Shown piece by piece: positions 54,520 to 64,000 of a stretch of 64,000 nt of DNA (position 1 is its first letter; every line of letters begins with the position of its first letter). The stretch is from the NCBI RefSeq assembly GCF_006345805.1, contig NC_043012.1, forward strand, positions 39,680,001 to 39,744,000, given 5' to 3'. The stretch is from Octopus sinensis (lineage: Eukaryota). The notes below the pieces were generated by a model. That model made no database searches and had not been told where the DNA came from. It saw only the letters and a program-made list of their open reading frames with translations. Position numbers and translations under genes: made by a program.

Positions 54520-54850
54520 AAGACTTCTTTTTCTCGTTGTTGTTGTTGTTGGTGGTGGTGGTGGTGGTAGTTTTCTACTTCACGTTCTTTTACCCCTTTT
54601 CCTTCCACCTCTTCCTCCTCCCCATTATCTATTTCTTCAGCCTGCTCTTCCGCTTCTTTTCTCCTTCTCTTCTTTCCTTTCCCTCCTCCTCTTCCTCTTT
54701 CAACTTTCCTCCTACTCCTTCTTCATCTTGCTATTCTGCCTCTTTCCGTTCTTATTTTCCCCTTTCTTCCTTTCTTTCTTCTTCTTTTTCTTCTTACTAT
54801 TCCTACTATTATTGTTATTATTATCATTATCATCATCATCATCATTATTA

Positions 54851-54893
<43 letters not shown>

Positions 54894-54910
54894 CATCATC
54901 ATCATCATTA

Positions 54911-54955
<45 letters not shown>

Positions 54956-54993
54956 CATCATCATCATCATTATCATCATTATTATTATTATTA

Positions 54994-55031
<38 letters not shown>

Positions 55032-55200
55032 CATTATTATTATTATTATTATTTTATTATTATTATTATTATTATCATCATCATCATCATCATTATTATT
55101 ATTATTATTTATTATTATTATTATTTTATTATTATTATCATTATTATTATTATCATCATCATCATTATTATTATTATTATTATTATTATCATTATTATTA

Positions 55201-55231
<31 letters not shown>

Positions 55232-55380
55232 CGTCGCCGTGTGTATTGTATTATTGCTGATGTCATTGCTGCCTCTTATTGTAGTTGTTTAAAATTATTT
55301 ATTGTTCTTGTTGTTGTTATTTTTGTAATTGTTGTTCTCATTGTTGTATTTATTGTCGTCGTTGTTTTCTATTGATTCTC
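54520..55380. repeat. Mosaic trinucleotide tract (TGT/TGG/CTT/TAT/CAT)
   Basis: Explains the 289-aa and 251-aa poly-L/Y/H/I ORFs. Confidence 0.95.
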
Positions 55381-55685
55381 TTAATATTTATTTAAAATTT
55401 TGTTTTGGTATTTGGAGGAAACTACATAAAAAAAAATCTATACGCTATAATTTGAAATAAAATTTCCATCAATTTACTAATATTTTAGCTATATTTTTCT
55501 CTTTGTTTATTTTTGTTTGTTTCTGTATTCAATCACGATTCTCTGGAAAGAATTGTGGCATATTTTCTTTTCCTTCTGGAATGAAACTTACTATTTCAGA
55601 CAACGACGACAGGGGTTATTCCAATAACAGCTAGATTAAGTTGGTTTTGTCTGCGAATTTGAATTTCATCTCTATGCATGTACAT

Positions 55686-55721
<36 letters not shown>

Positions 55722-56438
55722 CAATATATGCATATATATCGTTGTACATGTTTTTATTATCCATGTATAGATATGTGTGTGGGCGCATGTATGTGCACTG
55801 ACAAGTTTACACACACATACGCGCACAACTACACACACGTTCACGCACAAATACACACACATACGCACACGCATATATATATATGTATATATATGTGTGT
55901 ATATATATATATATGCATACATACCTGTGTGTATGCATAGCTTTCAGGCGATGTATACGTTAAACGTTTCTGTATGGTTATGGGAATTTGCGTGTGTATG
56001 CAAATATACAGGTACACACACCCACATTCATATATACATATTCACACGCAGGTACAAGCAAATAAATAAACACATACAAACAAGAACTAGTCATAACGCT
56101 TGAAACAAAAACAAAGGTCTCCGGAACATTACTCAATCAAATGACAGAATGAGAAAACAAAAATGATCAACATTATATGAATACAGATATATATATACAT
56201 ATACATATTTGTATATATATATACATATATAGGAATACATATATATATACATATATAAATATATATAATATATATACATGTAAATATATATATACATATA
56301 TATACATATATACATATATATATACATATATATACATATATACATATATATAAACATATACACACATATATATACATATACACATATATATATATATATA
56401 TACATATATAAATATATACATATGTATATATATATATA

Positions 56439-56867
56439 GGCGTAGGAGTGGCTGTGTGATAAGTAGCTTGCTTACCAACCACATGGTTCTGGGTTCATTG
56501 CCACTGCGTGGCACCTTCGGTAAGTGTTCCTACTATAGCCTCGAGCCGACCAAATCATTGTGAGTGGAGGATTTGGTAGACAGAAACTGAAAGAAGCCTG
56601 TAGTATATATGTATATGTTTGGATTAAATTTATATATATATATGTATGTGTGTGTATTTCTTGTGTCTGTGTTTGTCTCCCCAACATCGCTTGACAAACG
56701 ATGGTGGTGTGTTTACGTCCCCGTAACTTAGCGGTTCGCCAAAACAGACCGATAGAATAAGTACTAGGCTTCCAAAGAATAAGTCCTGGGGTCGATTTGC
56801 TCGACTAAAAGCAATGCTCCAGCATGGCCACAGTGAAATGACTGAAAGAAGTAAAAGCGAAAAAGAG
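56439..56867 (+). mobile_element. SINE family A, full length
   Basis: GGCGTAGGAGTGGCTGTGTG head, internal TA/TG tract, tail, (TA)n on both flanks. Confidence 0.9.
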
Positions 56868-57007
56868 TTATATACATATATAAATATATATATACATATA
56901 TATACACATATATACACATATATATATATACATATATACATATATATATACATATATACAGACACACACATATATATATATACATATATACATATATATA
57001 TATATAG

Positions 57008-57038
<31 letters not shown>

Positions 57039-57426
57039 CATATATACATATATACAGACATATATATATACATATATACATATATATACATATATTTATC
57101 AATATAGGGTAGCAAAAAATTCAGTAGAAATTATTTGCCACCAGCGGCCTGTGAAAAAAAGGAAATAGTCAGAGACTATTAATAAATTCAACAGCAAAAT
57201 TTAGTTTACGGAATTAATACCTTTTTTGCGGTTGAAGCCTTGGCTGCTATTTCTAGCGGGTTGAACGGCCTATTATGGCCGTTCCTAAATTTTGCTATAT
57301 ATACATATATATACACATATATACATATATATACATATATATACAAATATACATATATATACATATATACATATATATATATACATATATATACATATAT
57401 ATATATATACATATATACATATATAC

Positions 57427-58272
57427 ATAATTAATTAATAAGGGTGAGAGAATTAGATACTAATTTAATAGTATATCTATTCAACACCAAGTGGCCTAGT
57501 GCGCCGAGAAACCTGGATTATTATAATATTTTATAATATATTATAATATTTTTACAAAATAAATATAAGAGAGTGGTCACTATATGGCTCACTCTAGCAC
57601 CAGTTAATCCAAAAGGTTTCAACCACAAAAATACATGTTTCCCATGAAAGTCAGTACGATTGTTAGCTCACACGGACAGGGCAAATAAAAAATAACAAAA
57701 ATACAGATTATTTTGGGACAATTGTTTCGCTATTAATGAATTAAATGTAATTTTACTTACAAAAAAATCCACTTGTAGCTCGTCAGCCAAACTATCTGGA
57801 TGAAATCCACTCAATCACACGCCAATTTTACCATAACGATAAATACGCGTGTGGTTCATTGATTACATCCGACGTTATAATTCAGATGCCCCAACTAACA
57901 GCGCACCAAACTTTCACGGAAAACAAAGACTGCATTTAGAAATAAATGTAGCATAATTATAATTAATTATAAGGGTGAGAGAATTAGATACTAATTTAAT
58001 AGTATATCTATTCAACACCAAGTGGCCTAGTGCTCCGAGAAACCTGGATTATTATAATATTTTATAATATATTATAATATTTTTACAAAATAAATATAAG
58101 AGAGTGGTCTCTATATGGCTCACTCTAGCACCAGTTAATCCAAAAGGTTTCAACCACAAAAATACATGTTTCCCATGAAAGTCAGTACGATTGTTAGCTC
58201 ACACGGACAGGGCAAATAAAAAATAACAAAAATACAGATTATTTTGGGACAATTGTTTCGCTATTAATGAAT
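57427..58272 (-). mobile_element. Tandem ~531-nt unit (1.6 copies), Penelope-pLTR or retrozyme-like
   Basis: 57427-57741 is nearly identical to 57959-58272; the 217-nt spacer supplies the 5' half of a hammerhead whose 3' half lies in the repeat; no ORF; flanked by TA-rich microsatellite. Confidence 0.8.
57704..57798 (-). ncRNA. Minimal type I hammerhead ribozyme
   Basis: CAGATAGTTTGG-CTGACGA-GCTA..TAGC-GAAAC-AATT-GTC^CCAAAATAATCTG: full conserved core, stem I about 11 bp, stem II 4 bp, palindromic stem III ACAATTGT. Confidence 0.85.
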
Positions 58273-58454
58273 ATACATATATATACATACATATACATAT
58301 ATATATGTATATATATATACAAATATACATATATACAAATATACCATATATACATATATATATAATACATATATATGTATGTGTGTGTATTTGTGTGCAA
58401 GCATGCCTCTGTTATAGTTTGCTTCACAGTCACGTGGCTCTGCGTTCTTTGAAA

Positions 58455-58575
58455 CTGCGTGGCTCCTTGGGTGGATGTCTTCCACTCAAGCCCCGGACCC
58501 ACCAAACCCTTGTCAACAGATTTGATAGACGGAAACTAGAAGATGAACGTGTATGTGAGTGTGCGTGTGCGATAT

Positions 58576-58642
<67 letters not shown>

Positions 58643-58810
58643 TCGACCACCACACCACTTGACAAACAGTGTTGGTGTGTTTGTGTCTCCGTAAATAAAA
58701 GAGAGCAGCAGAATAAGTACCCCGCCCCTTAAAAATAACTACTGGTGTTGGTTTGTTCAAATGATCCCTTCAAGGTCCCCCAGTTTGGCCGTACTCCAAT
58801 GACTGAGACG
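58455..58810 (+). mobile_element. Old SINE family A remnant
   Basis: GATTTGATAGACGGAAACT, (TG)n, CTTGACAAAC..GGTGTGTTT, GAATAAGTAC. Confidence 0.6.
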
Positions 58811-59645
58811 AATGAAGATAAATTATGGAAATTAACGAAATGAGAACGGAATAAGTGAATGACATATTTAGAAACGGACGTCCATGTGGAGTATTGAACA
58901 GACCCCCCACCCAGTTATTGCGATTACAATAACTGGGACACGCACGGAAGAATTCATGAAACACACATTCGTACGGTATCTTATATGGTTCAATGGGTAT
59001 AAATAACAGGCACGACATGCAAATTGCTCTCAGATGAAATCATTCAAGCGACACCGGTGTGCTGGAAAAAACTTTGACCTATCTAATTAATTAATTAGTT
59101 AACTCGAAAACCTCGCAAACAATGTATACATAAAGGGTAGCATACATTGAAAGTAAATCGCCCTCACATGTATAACAATGTTTGGGCAAAACACTCTTAC
59201 TTAAGTAAACTCGAAAACATACGTAAATGATACATTCGTTGAATATTTATGAGTGTGTGGGTTTTGTGGGTGTGGGTGTGCGCACGCCCTACACGCATGC
59301 GCTTCAGTTTTCTGTTCAATCTATTTTGTGTACTTTTCTAAGATGTTTCAGCTGATTAGTTTGAGATTCAATATATTTGTGTTTGTGTGTATATATATAT
59401 TTTATGTGCACCCATACATAGATTGAATAAATAAATAAATAAATATACATATACATATATATATATATATAATAATTACATATACATATATATGTATGTA
59501 TATATATACAATTATATATATACATATATTTCGTATATCATACATATCTTATCCACATTACACCAATTTCTGTCACAAGGTAGGTTGTTTACATGTTTTA
59601 TATATGAATACACACACACACATATATGTATATATATATATATAG

Positions 59646-59686
<41 letters not shown>

Positions 59687-60872
59687 ATATTATATATATA
59701 TATATATTTATATATCAATTTATATATATGCATATATACAAATTTATGTATGTATGTGTGTATATATGTATATATATATATAAATTTATATATATATATA
59801 TGAATTTGTATATTTTTGTATACATCTGTATGTATATACATGTGTGTGTGCATTTATACGTATGTATATATGTGTGTGTGTGTGTGTGTGTGCGTGTGTG
59901 TGTGTGTGTGTGTGTATGTGTATATATACGTGTGTATGTGTATATATTGTCACAGAATATTTTACGAGACAGTCACAACTTTCCCCCCTCAACAAAGTTA
60001 ATTATAAGTTTTCACTCAGATGAAATTGTTTAATATTTTTCCGTGGGGATTTCTTACTGACACGTTCCTATACAACCCTTATTTCTTCTAAGTTTTCTTT
60101 TTGTTTTTTATGTTTGTTGTTTTTGCTTTTTGATTTTTGTAAATTGTTTGTTTTCATTTTTTTTTCATTTCTGTTCTCACAAATGTTTTCTACCTATCCA
60201 CATCCTCACCAAGCAAATTATTTACGATTCCTTTTCCCAGTAAAACGAATAACCTCCTATGGAGGCGGTAAGCTTCCTGTGATAATCGCTTTAAACACCT
60301 TCAAGGAACAACTGTTTCTCTCCTGGCCGATTAGTGGATTGTTTCAGTCCACCTTGTAATAAATATAAGGTTAGCTGGTTCAATCCACCGTATAAAATGT
60401 ATTTAGATACCACAATATGTGACCACACACCTTGTCTTCCAGAGTTACAAATCGAATTTACAATTCACCAAATGTTTTTCTTTTGTCCTGGTTTTCTGTT
60501 ATAGTCATTCCTCAGATGTCAGAAACCCAAACATATTTTGAGAAACAGCAACTTGGTTCACTTCATTATATAAAAATTTATATAAATTAATACTGTTTTT
60601 TAGCTATGGAATACAGCTCTTCTAAATCACTAAGCTATTGATTTTATGCTGTATTCTATGAATCATTCACCTTTCAAGAATTCCTCAATCTCTTTGAGTT
60701 ACAACCACACCCTACTGTCTTTAAAAACAGACCTCAGCAATGAAATAATGTCTGTGTGTGTTCACAGATTTAAGTCCTATGTGTTCTAGCTTTTGCAAAA
60801 CTAGCAGTTTGTGAGGCAGGTGGAGAGCTACCATGTTTACTGTTAGTGGTTTATTAGTGGTGACTATATAAA

Positions 60873-60922
<50 letters not shown>

Positions 60923-63126
60923 TACGAGGCCTATTCTGGTGATCTTAGGGACGATCGTGGTACGGTTACCTCCCCTGTTATATGTTTATATTGCGCTCTT
61001 ACCGTATTAGAGTAATTTAACTTTTATTTGAAGCAATGTAGGTGCTTTTGCGCCCTTAGTCACACTTAGTGATGATTAAATCTTTCCTTTATTGTATTAT
61101 ATTGCGCCTAGCTGTTTATATATATATAACACCTAGGCACAATGTAATACCAAAAAGGAAGGATTTAACCGTCACAATGTTGAAAACGTGTTGCGTTGTT
61201 TATAAAGCTTAGAATCGTAGAGTCGGGTATGTTTCTTAAACGCCACCATCAGGGTGAGCTGTTTTTAGTATGTATTGATACTAATATAGTAGCTGCTGCT
61301 GCTACTACAACTAGTAGCACTACTCAGAGACCTACCCACCATTCTGGATATCATTAGAAACTCCATATTCCTACACTCACAGCATCACAAAATGATCCAT
61401 CATCCCTTCCATTTGTGTCAACTGACGAAAATGATTTCCCCTAAGGTCTTCATATCTTTAGGTGTTTGGTTCCCTACCCCCAATGATTGTTTTTTTTTTC
61501 CTGTTCTTTGTGGTGGGGGGGATGTTTTCTGTTATTGATTCTGTTTTTGGTTGATGGCCAATGAAACCTGCCGCATAGCACCACCAATCTTTCTGGAAGC
61601 AATCGGAGGAAATGACCAGTTCTATACTTGGCGTTGAGAAGTACCACTCGATTGTAAAACCAATGGATTGAATGATACACCCATGTTGATGTTGTTGTTC
61701 AGGTAACGTTCCAACAGAGAATATTCCAGCCGTGGCCACATCACAGTTATCGTTATTACACAACTGCATTATCCAATGTTTCCTTCTTATTTTAAAATCA
61801 TTAAGATTTGGTTGTTATTTCTATCGTCATTGACCGAACACGGAAAAGCTCAGTCACGGGTTTGTCGAACATATTTTGTTGTTGTTGTTGAGCTGGAGGG
61901 GTGAGGTGTTGGTATTGGTCGCGATGGAGATAATACAAATGACGATGAAATAAGTTGGGTGAAAATTAGAATTTGGTGGTGGTGGTGGTGGTGGTGGTGG
62001 TGATGGTATGTTGAATATGGTATGAGTGGCATAATGCTGAAGAAATTGGTAATGGTGATGATAATGATGTTGATGATGACGGTCGTATGGATAGAGACCG
62101 TGGTGATGATTGTGAGAAAAGCTGTTAGCAATTCGCATACAACCAAGAATTGACAGAATTATACGTGAACTACAAACCTACACATCAACAACACATGCTT
62201 AAATTACGCACATTTATACGCATTCACCTACTTGCATGTATGTATATAAACACAAAACTCACTTGCACGTACACTTACGCCTACAGACATACACCTACCC
62301 TCACAAAAAAAAAACACAACTAAACAAACATGTATACACACACAACACACACAACACACACACGTATACACTCATACATAAGCATGCATACAAGTACGTA
62401 ACTCGTACACAGAACAAAACAAAATTTTAAATAACCACTGCAGAAAAATGGCATTTGTTTAAACAAGTCCCAAGTAACGTCACATCTGGTAACAGCCATC
62501 TTGTTTTTCGAATTTCTAAAGATCGATTGTTCATTGTTTTATCTCTTTCTTTATCAAGTTCCTCCTGGGGTTTATCAAAAAACTATTCTTTTGTTTTTAT
62601 CACACACAAAGTATCCCCATCTAGTTGCCTACTTATCTATATTAACCTTATAATCTCTAACTGCCTACCTGTCTACCTCGCTACATGTCTAGGTAGTCCA
62701 CCCAAGGGATATATTTGTAGTAGTGAAGCCAAAATGCTATTAGGGTTATATCGTGTATCGTTTCAGAAACGACGCACATTTCTTGTGGGTGATCCATATC
62801 GTTTAAAATCGTTGGGCTGTCTATTAGAATGCCTTGTAAAATTCGTCTCGATTCTTTGAACGCTATGTTAAATAATCTCACCAAGATAATCTGAGCTTTT
62901 TATTCTTTCGAGCTTGATAAATACAGTGCCAATCCAGCATTGTCGGTGATTCCTTTTCCAAGGAGAAATTGGATGGAATACACCAAGTTTAAATAGCCAA
63001 AACCACTGCTGACCCTAGCGACAGCCTCGCAACCGATTTCATTATGAGCTGAAGATTCAAAGCCAAACAGTGACAAAATTCATTATTTACATTTGTCGGA
63101 TATTTGCCCTCATCTTGTTTGTTGTT

Positions 63127-63172
63127 AACACAACGTTTCGGCTGATATACTCTCCAGCCTTCATCAAGTGTC
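63127..63172 (-). ncRNA. Degenerate minimal hammerhead-like motif
   Basis: Minus strand GACAC-TTGATGA-A-GGCTG(GAGAGTATAT)CAGCC-GAAACGTT-GTGTT: stems I and II pair, C3>U in the core. Confidence 0.55.
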
Positions 63173-64000
63173 TTGGGGAAATTTCGTCACCCTACCAGGT
63201 GGATAGGGTGGCATGATAGGAAGGACCTAGAGCATTCGCTGGTTTCCATTGAAAATATAACCAACCAAAGACGTAACAAAATCATGGAGTGTCACAAAGA
63301 CATTGGCAGTCACTTGTTTACGGGTTCGATCCAATCACTGTTTCGTATATTGGGCAAGTATGGTTTTCTCTACTTGTTGTTCAGAGTTGACCGAAGACTT
63401 CTCACGAGAATAAACTGACAAAGATTGTGAAAGTGCATCTAATGAACGATATTATCGCTGTCGTCTCCAGATTTAATCCGTTTACGGTTTCAAAAACAAA
63501 TAGAAATAAAGTGAAATAAAAATATGCAACTCTTGTCCTTCAGGCACTTTAGAACACTTCAATGATGAGGCTGACGTTATAACGACCGCGTTGGCCAGTT
63601 TCAATTCAGATCATATCTTGATATCTAAATTTGTTAGTTCCCATACAGCAACACGAGATATATTGTTGTTCCTTATCAATCCCGTATCATTTCCAGCTTT
63701 TTACCCCCACGGTTCCCGGTACTATTAAGGACGCAACATAAGCTACTAGATATCAAATGAGACCCTGACCAAACTGCAACGCACGGCTCCAGAAGTTGTT
63801 AGAATTTTCTGTATGCATACAATTAATATATACTGCAAAACACTTACTAATTCAACTAGAAGTAACATTTGAAATAAGAACTTCAGTGATTCATGTAATT
63901 TTATAACTTAATAAGTAAAATAGTATTTAATTTTCGTTTATTATATTTTTTTAAATATTAAGAAAGAAAAACAAAAAATGAGTTAGAATAAAATATAATT

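Noticed and set aside
54506-55375. 289-aa ORF, the longest in the track
   Set aside because: Entirely trinucleotide repeats, with stop-free frames on both strands
60918-61153. Possible solo LTR (TGTATTAC...GTAATACC)
   Set aside because: 3' end is not CA, with no TSD or second copy
61458-61769. 103-aa protein-like ORF
   Set aside because: Its start region overlaps a dispersed repeat (GAAACATTGGATAATG..ATGGCTGGAAT-like, related pieces near 17200, 33600, 45400); no recognisable domain
62455-62884. ORFs near the 63.1-kb hammerhead motif as a Penelope RT
   Set aside because: No RT or GIY-YIG motifs recognisable in any frame I translated

Overview
AT-rich, microsatellite-dense eukaryotic DNA with no intact long protein-coding gene. 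The repeat inventory looks to me like an octopus or other coleoid cephalopod intron or intergenic region (inference from composition and SINE types). Almost every ORF in the supplied track is a translation of (TA)n, (CA)n or (TTA)n repeats. Real coding remnants are all transposon-derived: a 5'-truncated R4/Dong-type RLE retrotransposon inside a (TAA)n tract, an older inverted relic of the same family, a near full-length frameshifted mariner, and maT- and mariner-like 5' fragments. Non-autonomous elements include three tRNA-headed SINE families (my labels A, B, C), hAT MITEs, a Helitron and a Helentron-type HINE. The standout is a 1.6-copy tandem of a ~531-nt unit (57427-58272) carrying a complete minimal type I hammerhead ribozyme on the minus strand, a Penelope-pLTR or retrozyme-like architecture. 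Further hammerhead-like motifs from unrelated repeats occur at ~12.9 kb and ~63.1 kb. Also notable are a ~280-bp, ~96% identical inverted repeat pair, multimeric SINEs, and a candidate exon next to a recursive-splice-like AG|GTGAGT site. Coordinates of degenerate repeats are approximate, and all alignments and folds were done by eye.
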